Positions 43,892-53,558 of a DNA stretch of 64,000 nucleotides are shown piece by piece. Below the pieces are notes generated by a model that had not been told where the DNA came from, did no database searches, and was given only the letters and a program-made list of their open reading frames with translations. The stretch lies in assembly GCF_013410455.1 (NCBI RefSeq), contig NZ_JACCFW010000001.1:324929-388928 (forward strand), read 5' to 3'. A program made the translations under genes and the position numbers. The first letter of the stretch is position 1. Every line of letters starts with the position of its first letter. The stretch comes from Allobranchiibius huperziae. GTDB lineage: Bacteria > Actinomycetota > Actinomycetes > Actinomycetales > Dermatophilaceae.

Positions 43892-44862
43892 ACCCCCTGT
43901 CGGTGCAGGTCGGCGGCGAGCTGGCGCAGTCCGCCTGCATCCATGCCGTCCGGCAGCGCAGGAAGCCGCACGATCGGCAGGTCGAGGGAGGTGAGCCGCG
44001 CGCGTTCGCGCTCCTCCAGGGAGAGCCGCTCGTCCAGGCGGCGGCCGGACTCCACGAGCCCGTCGACGAGCGTGGGCCCCACCCGCAGTCCGCCGGCGGC
44101 GAGGTCGGCGCTCAGCGGCTCCGCGTCGAAGTCGGCGCCCTGCAGCAGAGCGCGGGACCGTTTGCCGAGCAGCGCCGCGCGTTCCTGATTGACGATGATC
44201 GACCCCATCGGCAACCCCTCGGCGCGCAGCTCGGCCGTGGCGTCGATCGTCTCCTGCACCGGCATCTCCTCGGCGACCGCCACCAGGTGCACCCGGCTGC
44301 GGCCGGAGGTCAGCATCTGCATGATCGAGTCGGCCTGCTTCTTGATCGGGCCCATCTTCGCCAGCCCCGACAACTCCCGGTTGACGGCGAGGAACTTACC
44401 GATCCGACCGGTCGGGGGAGCATCGACGACGACGGCGTCGTACTGCTGGAAACCGCGCCGCGCGTGGTGCTCGTCGCGGCGTACGACCTCGTAGACCTTG
44501 CCGATGACCAGGACATCGCGCATGCCCGGCGCGATGGTGGTCGCGAAGTCGATCGCACCGAACTTCTCCAGCAGGCCACCGGCCCGGCCCAACTTGTAGA
44601 ACATCTGCAGGTACTCCAGCAGCGCGGCCTTCGGATCGATGGCGAGTCCGCGCACCTCGCCGCCCTCCAGTCCGCGCGCCACGTGGGTCTCCTCGTCGCC
44701 GAGCGGTGCGACGTCGAAGACCTGGCTGATGCCGCCCCGCCCCTCGACCTCGACGAGCAGGACCCGCCGGCCGTCGTGCGCCAGAGCGAGCGCCAGGGCG
44801 GCGGCGACCGTCGTCTTACCGGTGCCGCCCTTGCCCGAGACGATGTGCAGCTGTGCGGTCAC
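43888..44862 (-). CDS. ArsA-family ATPase homolog (Mtb Rv3679-like)
   Basis: P-loop VSGKGGTGKTT. GTG start (VTAQLHIV) re-derived. The track ORF 43888..45369 overextends. Overlaps the downstream ArsA gene. Confidence 0.75.
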   Translation of the reverse strand: MTAQLHIVSGKGGTGKTTVAAALALALAHDGRRVLLVEVEGRGGISQVFDVAPLGDEETHVARGLEGGEVRGLAIDPKAALLEYLQMFYKLGRAGGLLEKFGAIDFATTIAPGMRDVLVIGKVYEVVRRDEHHARRGFQQYDAVVVDAPPTGRIGKFLAVNRELSGLAKMGPIKKQADSIMQMLTSGRSRVHLVAVAEEMPVQETIDATAELRAEGLPMGSIIVNQERAALLGKRSRALLQGADFDAEPLSADLAAGGLRVGPTLVDGLVESGRRLDERLSLEERERARLTSLDLPIVRLPALPDGMDAGGLRQLAADLHRQGV

Positions 44863-45617
44863 CGGTCGCGCCCGCCGGTGTCGGCCAGGTCGGCGACGGT
44901 CCCGCGAACGATCTCGAACGCCGCGGACTGCGGGTCGATGACGTCGAAGTGGTCGGCGTCGTCGACCACCCGCAGCCGAGCATCGGGCACGGCGTCCACG
45001 TAGCTCTGCGAGATCTCCAGCGGCACCTGCTCGTCGCGCGTGCCGTGGATCGCGACCACCGGGGCCGCGGGCGCGCCGAGCCGGGCCGGATCCGCCTGCT
45101 CCCACGCGGCGGGGTCGTCCTGCGGCGTGCTGCCCATCAGGGCCTCCGCGGCGCCCCCGCCCAGACCGAGCTCGTGCACCAGGTGCAGATCGACGCAGCC
45201 GGCCAGCGCGACCGTGCCGATCACCGCGCTCGCGTCGGGCTGCGCCGCGAGCCAGGAGACCAGGTGCCCGCCGGCTGAATGCCCCACCAGGACGACGGGT
45301 TCCGGCAGATCGGTGCGTGCGCTCGCGGCGGCCAACATCGTCAGCAGGTCGGCGCGCATGTCCGGCCACCCGCCGCGCGGCGCCCGCCGGTACTCCGGCA
45401 CGACCACGTGGAAGCCGTCCTGCCTGAAGGCCTCGGCCTCGCTGCCCGTGTGGGAACGGTCGGTGGCAGGTCGCCAGAACCCTCCGTGCACGACGATCAC
45501 CGTCACCCCGCGGACCGGCCCCGCCGGTCGGCGTACGTCGTAGACCTGGTCCGGCTCCACGCCGTACGCGGTGGTCTCGTCGGGAGGCGCCGCGGCGCGG
45601 TCCAGCACGGAAGCCAT
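44859..45617 (-). CDS. alpha/beta hydrolase (esterase/lipase-like)
   Basis: HGGFW oxyanion motif, nucleophile elbow GHSAGG, C-terminal Asp/His. Start taken at MASVLD. Confidence 0.7.
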   Translation of the reverse strand: MASVLDRAAAPPDETTAYGVEPDQVYDVRRPAGPVRGVTVIVVHGGFWRPATDRSHTGSEAEAFRQDGFHVVVPEYRRAPRGGWPDMRADLLTMLAAASARTDLPEPVVLVGHSAGGHLVSWLAAQPDASAVIGTVALAGCVDLHLVHELGLGGGAAEALMGSTPQDDPAAWEQADPARLGAPAAPVVAIHGTRDEQVPLEISQSYVDAVPDARLRVVDDADHFDVIDPQSAAFEIVRGTVADLADTGGRDR

Positions 45618-45737
45618 GCTGGGAAGCCTACGCAGCCGGCTGTCGGGTTCGCACCGACCGGTCGTGCCCTGCCAGACTGCGATGGAATCCGTCCGCTCCA
45701 CGAGCGGACCAGACCCGAACGACGACGAGGAGAACCC

Positions 45738-45896
45738 GTGACCACCTGGGAGTACGCGACCGTTCCGCTGATCGTGCACGCGACCAAGCAGATCCTGGAC
45801 CAGTGGGGCGAGGACGGGTGGGAGCTCGTGCAGGTGCTGCAGAGCCCGGACGGCGGCAACCTGGTCGCCTATCTGAAGCGGCCCAAGACCGCCTGA
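45738..45896 (+). CDS. DUF4177-like small protein (Mtb Rv3678A-like)
   Basis: 52 aa VTTWEYATVPLIVHATKQILDQWGEDGWELVQVL... ending upstream of the RidA gene. Confidence 0.6.
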   Translation: MTTWEYATVPLIVHATKQILDQWGEDGWELVQVLQSPDGGNLVAYLKRPKTA

Positions 45897-46357
45897 TGTC
45901 GCAGGTCGAGGACCGGCTCGCGGCCATGGGACTCAGCGTGCCCGATGTCGTTGCGCCCCTGGCGGCGTACACGCCGGCGGTGCGGTACGCCGACACCGTG
46001 CAGACCTCGGGCCAGCTGCCGATGGTCGACGGGTCGCTCGCCGCGACCGGCAAGGTGGGCGCGCAGGTCAGTCCGCAGGAGGCGGCGGATCTGGCGCGCA
46101 TCTGTGCGCTCAACGCCATCGCCGCGGTGAAGTCGCTGGTGCCCGACCTCGACACCGTGCGGGTGGTCAAGGTCGTCGGGTTCGTGGCGAGCGACCCGTC
46201 CTTCACCGGGCAGCCCGCGGTGGTCAACGGCGCGAGCGAGCTGCTCGGCGCGGCGTTCGGCGAGGACGGTGTGCACGCCCGCTCCGCGGTGGGGGTGGCC
46301 GTGCTGCCGCTGGATGCCCCCGTCGAGGTCGAGATCACCGTCGTCGTGCGTGGCTGA
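45896..46357 (+). CDS. RidA/YjgF-family protein
   Basis: YjgF/chorismate-mutase-like fold pattern. The start MSQVEDRL overlaps the DUF4177 stop (TGATG). Confidence 0.8.
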   Translation: MSQVEDRLAAMGLSVPDVVAPLAAYTPAVRYADTVQTSGQLPMVDGSLAATGKVGAQVSPQEAADLARICALNAIAAVKSLVPDLDTVRVVKVVGFVASDPSFTGQPAVVNGASELLGAAFGEDGVHARSAVGVAVLPLDAPVEVEITVVVRG

Positions 46358-46361
46358 GCGC

Positions 46362-47222
46362 GTGACCGGTTCCGTGGTCCCCACCCGCGAGCAGGTCTTT
46401 GTGGCCGGTGGGCCGGTCGGCGAGTTGGCCCGTCTCTGGCTGGACGCCGGATCGCCGGCCGGCGTGCCGCCGCGGCGCGCCTCGACAGTGATGGTGCTGC
46501 GGCACGGCCGGTCCGACGGCGGCCCGGAGGTGTTCATGCTGCGCCGGGTCGCGTCGATGGCCTTCGCGCCCTCGATGTGGGTCTTTCCCGGCGGCGGGGT
46601 CGATCCACGCGACGCGGATGTCGATGTCCCCTGGGCGGGTCCGACCCCGCAGGAGTGGGCGGTGCGTCTCGGAGTGCCGCGCGAGGAGGCGGTCGAGCTG
46701 GTGTGCGCCGCCGTTCGCGAGGTCTTCGAGGAATGCGGCGTCCTACTCGCCGGGCGCGCTGCCGACGAGGTGCTGGCCGACGTGACCGGCCCGACCTGGC
46801 AGGGGCACCGGGCGGCGCTGCTCGCCAAAGGGCTGTCCATGTCGCAGCTGCTGTCCCATGAGGGGCTGGTGCTGCGCTCGGATCTGCTGTCGTTCCAGGA
46901 CCATTGGCTGACGCCGGAGTTCGAGAAGCGGCGCTACGACACCTACTTCTTCGCCGCGCTCCTGCCCGAAGGTCAGCGCGCCGACGACCAGACCAGCGAG
47001 GCGGACATCTCGCGCTGGGTCACACCCGCCGATCTGATCGCCGACGTCGCGTCCGGCGAGGCATCGATGTTGGCGCCCACCGTCACCAACCTCGAACGCC
47101 TCGATCAGGCGAGCGGCCCGGAGGTCGTCATCGCCTCCACGCCGCCCGTCGTACCCGTGATGCCCGTGGCCGAGTACGACGGGGCGCGCGTAGTGCTGCG
47201 GGCGCGACTGCCGATCCGCTGA
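46362..47222 (+). CDS. NUDIX hydrolase
   Basis: Nudix box GGGVDPRD...REVFEECGV. GTG start. Confidence 0.75.
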   Translation: MTGSVVPTREQVFVAGGPVGELARLWLDAGSPAGVPPRRASTVMVLRHGRSDGGPEVFMLRRVASMAFAPSMWVFPGGGVDPRDADVDVPWAGPTPQEWAVRLGVPREEAVELVCAAVREVFEECGVLLAGRAADEVLADVTGPTWQGHRAALLAKGLSMSQLLSHEGLVLRSDLLSFQDHWLTPEFEKRRYDTYFFAALLPEGQRADDQTSEADISRWVTPADLIADVASGEASMLAPTVTNLERLDQASGPEVVIASTPPVVPVMPVAEYDGARVVLRARLPIR

Positions 47223-47225
47223 GCC

Positions 47226-48074
47226 TCAGCGCAGGGCGAGTGACCGCAGACCGGCGATGGTGCCGTTGAACCGGTTCTTGTCCAGGCCGCCGCTCTGGCT
47301 GTACTGCCAGATGTAGGAGGACCTCGTGCCGGCCGGGAGCTGCGTCGGCACGTGGCTGTACTGCGCGATCCAGAACGGCGTCAGCCCGGCGAGCGCCGAG
47401 GTGTTGCCGGTGCAGGTCCTCCACCAGTCGTAGGTCGTGTAGACGACGGGGTACCGGCCGGTGCGGTAGTGGTAGCGATTCACGAACGACTTGATCCAGG
47501 ACGTCATCCCGGACCAGCCGTAGCCGTAGCAGGACGAGCCGTACGGGTTGTACTCGATGTCGAGCGCACCCGGCAGGGTGCGGCCGTCCCGGGACCAGCC
47601 GCCGCCGTGCGCGATGAAGTAGTCGGCCTGGTAACTGCCGCTCGACTGGTTGGGCAGCGCGAAGTGGTAGGCGCCACGGATCATCCCCGAGGAGTAGGAA
47701 CCGGAGTACTGCGACCCGAACCGCGAACTGGTGTAGTTCGTGCCCTCGGTCGCCTTGACGTAGGCGAACTGGAAGCCCTCGGCCCGCAGCGTCCCCCAGG
47801 CCACCGAGCCCTGGTACGCGGAGACGTCCACCCCGTAGGCGTTGCCGCTGGTGTACATCGGGGCCATCTGCTGCGGGGCCTGCTGGGTGGAGGAGGCCCT
47901 CTTGGACTCCCAGCCAGGGTAGGCACCGCCGGCGGTGGTGATTCCCGCGGCGCGCGCCGCAGCGGTGGGGGTCGGGAGCGCGGGCTTGGCGTGGGCCTGC
48001 GCCATCGGCATGGCAGCCGCCATCCCGAGCGTCACGATGGAGGTGCCACACAGGGCACGCAGCACGTTCTTCAT
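47226..48074 (-). CDS. secreted GH25 muramidase (lysozyme)
   Basis: Signal peptide, GH25 motifs (GVDVSAYQG, FAYVKATEG, DIEYNP) and a Tyr/Trp-rich C-terminus. Confidence 0.8.
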   Translation of the reverse strand: MKNVLRALCGTSIVTLGMAAAMPMAQAHAKPALPTPTAAARAAGITTAGGAYPGWESKRASSTQQAPQQMAPMYTSGNAYGVDVSAYQGSVAWGTLRAEGFQFAYVKATEGTNYTSSRFGSQYSGSYSSGMIRGAYHFALPNQSSGSYQADYFIAHGGGWSRDGRTLPGALDIEYNPYGSSCYGYGWSGMTSWIKSFVNRYHYRTGRYPVVYTTYDWWRTCTGNTSALAGLTPFWIAQYSHVPTQLPAGTRSSYIWQYSQSGGLDKNRFNGTIAGLRSLALR

Positions 48075-48179
48075 GGTGGGGGGTCCGTTCATCGGGGGAG
48101 AGGCGAGCGTCACCGACACAGGTGAACAACGGGTGCGGCGTAGCCCAGGAGTTCTTCAGTTCTCCGTCAAGATGTACCA

Positions 48180-48965
48180 ATGGCAGACACGATATGGCGT
48201 AGTGGCCCTGTTACGCACGGGGCAGAAGTGATTCTCTGCCCCAACCCCGGCCCGATGACGCTGGACGGAACCAACACCTGGGTGCTGCATACGCCGGGTG
48301 GCGACGAGGCCGTGGTGGTCGATCCGGGGCCTCTGGACGAGGGGCATCTGCAGGCGGTCCTCGAGGTCGTCCGGGCCGCCGGGGCGCGGGTGGCGCTCAC
48401 CCTGCTCACCCACGGTCACTTCGATCACGCGGAGTCCGCGGACCGCTGGGCGGAGCTGACCGGGTCGCCGGTGCGCGGCGCCGGACACGGGCGCGCGTTC
48501 ACCGACGATGAGTGGATCACGGTGGGGGATCTGCGCATCCAGGTGCTGCTCACGCCTGGGCACACGAAGGACTCGGTGTCGTTCCTGGTGCCCGACCAGC
48601 AGTTGCTGCTGACCGGCGACACGGTGCTCGGCCGCGGGACGAGTGTGGTCGCGCACCCCGACGGGGAGCTCGCGGCGTACCTCGCCTCGCTCGACCGGCT
48701 CGCCGGCGTCGCCGGGGGTATGACGCTCGGTCCCGGCCATGGGCCGACGCACGCCGACGCCGCGGCGGTCATCGCGCAGTACGCCCGGCACCGGCTGCAG
48801 CGGCTGGATCAGGTGCGGGCAGCGCTGGCGGCCGGAGCGGGTGATGCGGACGACGTCGCGCAGGCCGTCGTGGAGCAGGTCTACGCGGACGTACCGCGCG
48901 AGGTGTGGCCCGCGGCGCACAAGACCGTGCAGGCGCAGCTGGACTATCTGGCCGCGAGAGGCTGA
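48180..48965 (+). CDS. MBL-fold metallo-hydrolase
   Basis: HxHxDH motif (LTHGHFDHAE) plus downstream His/Asp ligands. Confidence 0.85.
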   Translation: MADTIWRSGPVTHGAEVILCPNPGPMTLDGTNTWVLHTPGGDEAVVVDPGPLDEGHLQAVLEVVRAAGARVALTLLTHGHFDHAESADRWAELTGSPVRGAGHGRAFTDDEWITVGDLRIQVLLTPGHTKDSVSFLVPDQQLLLTGDTVLGRGTSVVAHPDGELAAYLASLDRLAGVAGGMTLGPGHGPTHADAAAVIAQYARHRLQRLDQVRAALAAGAGDADDVAQAVVEQVYADVPREVWPAAHKTVQAQLDYLAARG

Positions 48966-48983
48966 CGCCGGCGCATCAGGGGG

Positions 48984-49685
48984 TCAGCGCGCGCGGTGCT
49001 GCAGGCGTTCGACGTCGATCAGCGTGACGGCCCGCGCCTCCAGCTTGATCCAGCCGCGGGAGCTGAAGTCGGCCAGGGCCTTGTTGACCGTCTCGCGGGA
49101 GGCGCCGACCAGCTGGGCGAGCTCCTCCTGGGTCAGGTCGTGCGCGACGAGCACCCCGTCCTCGGCCGGCTGACCGAACCGGGACGACAGGTCGAGCAGC
49201 GCCTTCGCGACACGACCGGGCACGTCGGTGAAGACCAGGTCGCCGAGCGCCTCGTTGGTGCGGCGAAGCCGGCGAGCCAACGCGCCGAGCATGGTCATCG
49301 CGACCTCGGGCCGGTCCTTGAGGAACTCGGTCATGTCCGCGTGGGCGAGGCCGGCCAGCTCGGTGTCGGCGACGGCCGTTGCGGTCGCCGTGCGGGCGCC
49401 GGGGTCGAAAAGGCTGAGTTCGCCGAGCATCTCGCCCATGCCGAGGATCGCGAGGAGGTTCTCCCGGCCGTCCATCGAACGGCGGCCGAGCTTCACCTTG
49501 CCGGCGGTGATGACATAGAGCGTGTCGCCCTGGTCGCCCTCTTTGAACAGCTCTCGTCCGCGAGCGACCTTGGTGCGCGACATCGACTCGAGCAGAGCCT
49601 CAGCAGCGCTGTCGTCGAGTGCGGCGAACAATGGCGCCTTGCGTACGGCCTCGGTTTCCACGGGGTTAGTGTGCCACGTCACCAT
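48984..49685 (-). CDS. crp: CRP/FNR-family cAMP receptor protein (Mtb Crp Rv3676-like)
   Basis: cNMP-binding domain ([28 protein letters not shown]) and a C-terminal HTH that is nearly identical to Mtb Crp ([29 protein letters not shown]). The start is ambiguous (49685 or about 49658). Confidence 0.85.
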   Translation of the reverse strand: MVTWHTNPVETEAVRKAPLFAALDDSAAEALLESMSRTKVARGRELFKEGDQGDTLYVITAGKVKLGRRSMDGRENLLAILGMGEMLGELSLFDPGARTATATAVADTELAGLAHADMTEFLKDRPEVAMTMLGALARRLRRTNEALGDLVFTDVPGRVAKALLDLSSRFGQPAEDGVLVAHDLTQEELAQLVGASRETVNKALADFSSRGWIKLEARAVTLIDVERLQHRAR

Positions 49686-49725
49686 CGCGTCGGCGCGTCG
49701 TCCGGGCCCCCTTAGTCTCGGTCGG

Positions 49726-50445
49726 GTGAAACGTCTCGATGTCACCGCCGAGAGCCCCGTGTCGCGCACGCGCCGCGCTCGCAAGATGTACCGCGTCCTG
49801 CACGACACCTACCCCTACGCCCGGTGCGAGCTGGACTTCAGCACCCCGCTGGAGTTGCTGGTCGCGACGATCCTGTCCGCACAGACCACCGATGTCGGAG
49901 TCAACAAGGTCACGCCGACCCTCTTCGCGCGCTATCCGGACGCCGCGGCGTACGCCGGGGCGGACCGCGAGCAGCTCGAACAACTCCTCAAACCGACCGG
50001 TTTCTTCCGGGCCAAGACCAACGCCGTGATGACCCTGGGCCAGGCGCTGGTCGAGCGGTACGACGGCGAGGTGCCGCCCCGCCTGAAGGACCTGGTGACA
50101 CTGCCCGGCGTCGGCCGAAAGACCGCGAACGTGGTGCTGGGCAACGCTTTCGGCATCCCGGGTCTCACCGTCGACACCCACTTCGGGCGGCTCGTACGAC
50201 GCTTCGGCTGGACCGTGCTGGACGACCCGGTCAAGGTCGAGCAGGAGATCGGCGCGCTGTTCCCCCGCAAGGACTGGACCATGCTCAGCAACGTCCTGAT
50301 CTTCCACGGGCGCCGGATGTGTCACGCCAAGAAGCCTGCCTGCGGGGTGTGCCCGATCGCCCGGTGGTGCCCGTCGTACGGCGACGGCGAGACCGATCCG
50401 GAGAAGGCGCGCAAACTGCTGAAGTACGAGATGGCGCCTGCGTGA
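49726..50445 (+). CDS. nth: endonuclease III
   Basis: HhH-GPD ([12 protein letters not shown]) and a 4Fe-4S cluster loop [20 protein letters not shown] start. Confidence 0.9.
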   Translation: MKRLDVTAESPVSRTRRARKMYRVLHDTYPYARCELDFSTPLELLVATILSAQTTDVGVNKVTPTLFARYPDAAAYAGADREQLEQLLKPTGFFRAKTNAVMTLGQALVERYDGEVPPRLKDLVTLPGVGRKTANVVLGNAFGIPGLTVDTHFGRLVRRFGWTVLDDPVKVEQEIGALFPRKDWTMLSNVLIFHGRRMCHAKKPACGVCPIARWCPSYGDGETDPEKARKLLKYEMAPA

Positions 50446-51077
50446 CCGACATCCATCCGGTGCCGTCCTGGTTGACGGGCATCGAGGAGCAGGCCGCCGG
50501 CCGGATGCCGACGTTCCCCGTCGGCGAGGGCCGCCGGTCCGCGGTGCTGATGCTGTTCGGTCCGCGCGACGGCGGCGGTGAGGACATCGTGCTGACCCAG
50601 CGGGCCGACACGTTGCGCCAGCACGCCGGTCAGGTGTCCTTCCCCGGAGGCGGCGTGGATCCGCAGGATGCCTCGCCGCAGGAGACGGCGCTGCGCGAAG
50701 CGCACGAGGAGATCGGACTGGATCGCGCGGGGGTGCGGGTGCTCGGCACGCTGCCGTCACTGCCGTTGAGCGTCACCGGTTTTCACGTGACACCGGTGGT
50801 GGCCTGGTGGGAGTCGCCGTCGCCGGTGCATGCGGCGGAGGCGGAGGTCGCGAGGGTGGAGCGGGTGCCGATCGCCGATCTGATGGACCCGGCGAACAGG
50901 TTCACCGCGATCGCGCCGGCACGCAGGTTCGCGGCCCCGGCGTTCGAGGTGGACGGGCTCTACATCTGGGGGTTCACCGCGATCGTGCTGGACGCGCTGC
51001 TCACCCTCACCGGCCACACGCTGCCGTGGGACGAGAGCGACGAACGCGTCGTACCCGAGAGGTACCGCCGCCGCTGA
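50442..51077 (+). CDS. NUDIX hydrolase, CoA-pyrophosphatase (NudL)-like
   Basis: Nudix box ([24 protein letters not shown]). GTG overlaps the nth stop. The N-terminal part of track ORF 49824..51077 is spurious. Confidence 0.8.
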   Translation: MTDIHPVPSWLTGIEEQAAGRMPTFPVGEGRRSAVLMLFGPRDGGGEDIVLTQRADTLRQHAGQVSFPGGGVDPQDASPQETALREAHEEIGLDRAGVRVLGTLPSLPLSVTGFHVTPVVAWWESPSPVHAAEAEVARVERVPIADLMDPANRFTAIAPARRFAAPAFEVDGLYIWGFTAIVLDALLTLTGHTLPWDESDERVVPERYRRR

Positions 51078-51109
51078 AGTGGCGGCGGGCGACAAGTGGG
51101 GGGTGTGCC

Positions 51110-51547
51110 CTACGACGCCTTGGGGGGCTTGACGGCGGCGATGGCCTTCTGGCTGGTGTCGATGGTGCGCTCGGGCTTGCCCTTGATCTTCTTCAGGGCG
51201 CTGATGCCGAGCAGCGCCAGCACGATGGTGATCAGCAGGAGCACGCCGCCGATGATCAGGAATCCCGCCCAGGTCGGCACGACGAGGGCCAGCGCCCATG
51301 CGGCCGCGGTGAGCAGGAATCCGAGGGCGTAGAGACCGAACAGGCCGGCGCCGGCGAGCAGACCTGCGCCCTTGCCGCCCTTGGCGACGTCCGCCTTGAT
51401 CTCCAGCTTCGCCAGGGCGATCTCACCCTTGACGATGTCCTTGACGTCGGTCTGGGCATCGGCCACCAGCTGACCGAGGGTGCGCTCGGTGCCGGCTGCG
51501 CGGCCGTTCAGACGGGTTGCCCCGGCGTCCTTGGTGCTCTGAGCCAT
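51110..51547 (-). CDS. phage-holin-superfamily-like small membrane protein (Holin-X / PF07332-like)
   Basis: 145 aa. Charged N-terminus, two adjacent TM helices (GAGLLAGAGLFGLYALGFLL ... WAGFLIIGGVLLLITIVLALL) and a Lys-rich tail. Confidence 0.55.
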   Translation of the reverse strand: MAQSTKDAGATRLNGRAAGTERTLGQLVADAQTDVKDIVKGEIALAKLEIKADVAKGGKGAGLLAGAGLFGLYALGFLLTAAAWALALVVPTWAGFLIIGGVLLLITIVLALLGISALKKIKGKPERTIDTSQKAIAAVKPPKAS

Positions 51548-51594
51548 CGAGTGTCTCCTTCGGTGCGGAACGGGTTCTCACCCATGACGTCTGG

Positions 51595-51630
51595 GAAGAG
51601 ACTAGCGACACGCTACCGCCGAGTCTCTTC
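51595..51630. terminator. 9-bp inverted repeat (GAAGAGACT-N18-AGTCTCTTC) spanning the nhaA stop codon
   Basis: Read directly. Candidate terminator for the minus-strand nhaA gene. Confidence 0.35.
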
Positions 51631-52893
51631 GGCGCGGGTGAGATAGCAGTCCGGCACCCCGTCCCCGTCGTCGTCGCGGATCTCCCGTTCGTGCAGCGCC
51701 CGGTAGGTCCTGCTGCGAGCCCGCAGGACGACTGCGGCCAGCAGCGCCGACACCAGCGAGCCCAGCAGCACCCCGATCTTCACGTGCTGGTCGCGCACGC
51801 TGCCGTCGCCGAACGCGAGCTCTCCGATGAGCAGCGACACGGTGAATCCGATGCCCGCCAGCAGGCTGAGCCCGACCACGTCCCACCAGGCCAGGTCGTC
51901 GTCCAGGCGGGCGCGGGTGAAGCGCGCCACGGCGTACGTGCCGCCGAGGACGCCGACCGCCTTGCCCAGCACGAGGCCGGCCACGATCCCGAGGGTCACC
52001 GGGTCGCGTACGGCATCGCCGAATCCCGTGACGGCGACGCCCGCGGAGAAGAACGCGAAGACCGGCACGCAGACACCGGCGGACAGCGGCCGCATCCGAT
52101 GTTCGAGACGGTGCGCGCGGTCGTCCTGCACGGGCACCGACAGACCCAGCAACACCCCGGCAATGGTCGCGTGGATCCCCGAGTTGAGCACGAGCACCCA
52201 GGTCAGCAGCGCGAGCGGGATGAGCACCCACGGGCTGTGGACACCGCGGCGCATCAGCAGCCCGAACGCCGCCAGCGGGACGACCGCCGCTAGCAGCGAC
52301 CACACGTTGATCGAGCCGGTGTAGAAGAAGGCGATGATCGTGATGGCTATCAGGTCATCGACCACCGCGAGCGTCAGCAGGAAGGAGCGCAGCGCGGACG
52401 GCAGGTGGGTGCCGATGACCGCCAGGACGGCCAGGGCGAACGCGATGTCGGTGGCCGTGGGGATCGCCCAGCCCCGCAGCGCCCCGACCCCGAACCCCTG
52501 GACGACGGCGTAGAAGATCGCGGGCACCGCCACCCCGGTGGCAGCGGCGACGACGGGTACGACGGCCTTGCGCCGGTCGCGCAGCTCGCCGCGCAGGAAC
52601 TCGTGCTTGAGCTCCAGGCCGACCACGAAGAAGAAGACGGCGAGCAGCCCGTCGGAGGCCCAGTGACCGAGGCTGAGGTGAAGACCGATCGCGGATGGCC
52701 CGACGTGCAGGTGCTGCAGGTGCGAATACGCCTGCCGCCACGGTGTGTTGGCCCAGGCGACGGCGATGACAGCGGCCACCAGCAGCAGAGCGCCGCCGAT
52801 GGTCTCGTGACGGAGGAGCTCGGCCACGCGACGGGCCTCGGGCCATTCGCCGCGGGTGAACAGCCGCGGGCGTTGCGGATTCGGGAGGGACAC
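51613..52893 (-). CDS. nhaA: Na+/H+ antiporter NhaA
   Basis: NhaA TM pattern ([24 protein letters not shown]). GTG start re-derived (VSLPNPQ). The track ORF extends to 53163. Confidence 0.8.
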   Translation of the reverse strand: MSLPNPQRPRLFTRGEWPEARRVAELLRHETIGGALLLVAAVIAVAWANTPWRQAYSHLQHLHVGPSAIGLHLSLGHWASDGLLAVFFFVVGLELKHEFLRGELRDRRKAVVPVVAAATGVAVPAIFYAVVQGFGVGALRGWAIPTATDIAFALAVLAVIGTHLPSALRSFLLTLAVVDDLIAITIIAFFYTGSINVWSLLAAVVPLAAFGLLMRRGVHSPWVLIPLALLTWVLVLNSGIHATIAGVLLGLSVPVQDDRAHRLEHRMRPLSAGVCVPVFAFFSAGVAVTGFGDAVRDPVTLGIVAGLVLGKAVGVLGGTYAVARFTRARLDDDLAWWDVVGLSLLAGIGFTVSLLIGELAFGDGSVRDQHVKIGVLLGSLVSALLAAVVLRARSRTYRALHEREIRDDDGDGVPDCYLTRAEETRR

Positions 52894-52978
52894 TGGCTGC
52901 CGCCTTCGCGGTGTGGGGTCGGTCGACGAGATGCCGACCAGACTTCCCGGCTCACCTGAAGGACAGGATATCGATGGG

Positions 52979-53464
52979 ATGCTCGCCCGTGTGATCTCGA
53001 TCCAGGAGCTGGGACCGGACGAGTGGCGGGTCTGGCGGGAGATCCGGTTGGAGGCGTTGCGGGACGCGCCGGAGGCGTTCGGGTCGACGTCCGCGGACTG
53101 GGAGGACGCCGACGAGGCGCGCTGGCGGGCACGGTTGGTGGACGTGCCGCTCCACGCGTTCACCCGCCTGGACGACCTGCCGGCGGGGGTGGTCAGCGCG
53201 ACCGCACCGGACGGGAGCGGGCAGGTCGAGTTGATCTCGATGTGGGTCGCGCCGTTCGCGCGTGGACGGGCGGTGGGCGGCGCCCTGATCGAGTACGCGC
53301 TGCGCTGGGTGACCGACCGTCACCCCGGCGCGCGCATCGCGTTGCAGGTGCGCAAACACAACGCGCCCGCCATCGGGCTCTACGAGCGGCACGGGTTCGT
53401 CCTGGCCGGTGAGAACCCGGAGGACGAGCTGGAGTTCACGATGCGGTGGCAGGGAGTCATCTAG
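52979..53464 (+). CDS. GNAT-family N-acetyltransferase
   Basis: Acetyl-CoA binding motif ([19 protein letters not shown]). Confidence 0.75.
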   Translation: MLARVISIQELGPDEWRVWREIRLEALRDAPEAFGSTSADWEDADEARWRARLVDVPLHAFTRLDDLPAGVVSATAPDGSGQVELISMWVAPFARGRAVGGALIEYALRWVTDRHPGARIALQVRKHNAPAIGLYERHGFVLAGENPEDELEFTMRWQGVI

Positions 53465-53558
53465 TCATTGGAGTCGTGGCGCGCTCCATACGGCGCGCGA
53501 CGACTCCCATCGCAGGCGGGCGACGTCCGCCGCGGGCCCTGTCCTAGGTTGGTGCGAC

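Noticed and set aside
48075-48179. Possible c-di-AMP (ydaO) riboswitch upstream of the GH25 cell-wall hydrolase
   Set aside because: The intergenic region is only about 105 bp and shared with the divergent MBL gene, too short for the ~140-nt aptamer. I could not recognise the conserved ydaO pseudoknot elements.
49668-49685. TGTG-N5-TCAC sequence near the crp start as a Crp autoregulatory site
   Set aside because: Half-site spacing is 5 rather than the canonical N6 of TGTGA-N6-TCACA, and it overlaps the putative start codon.
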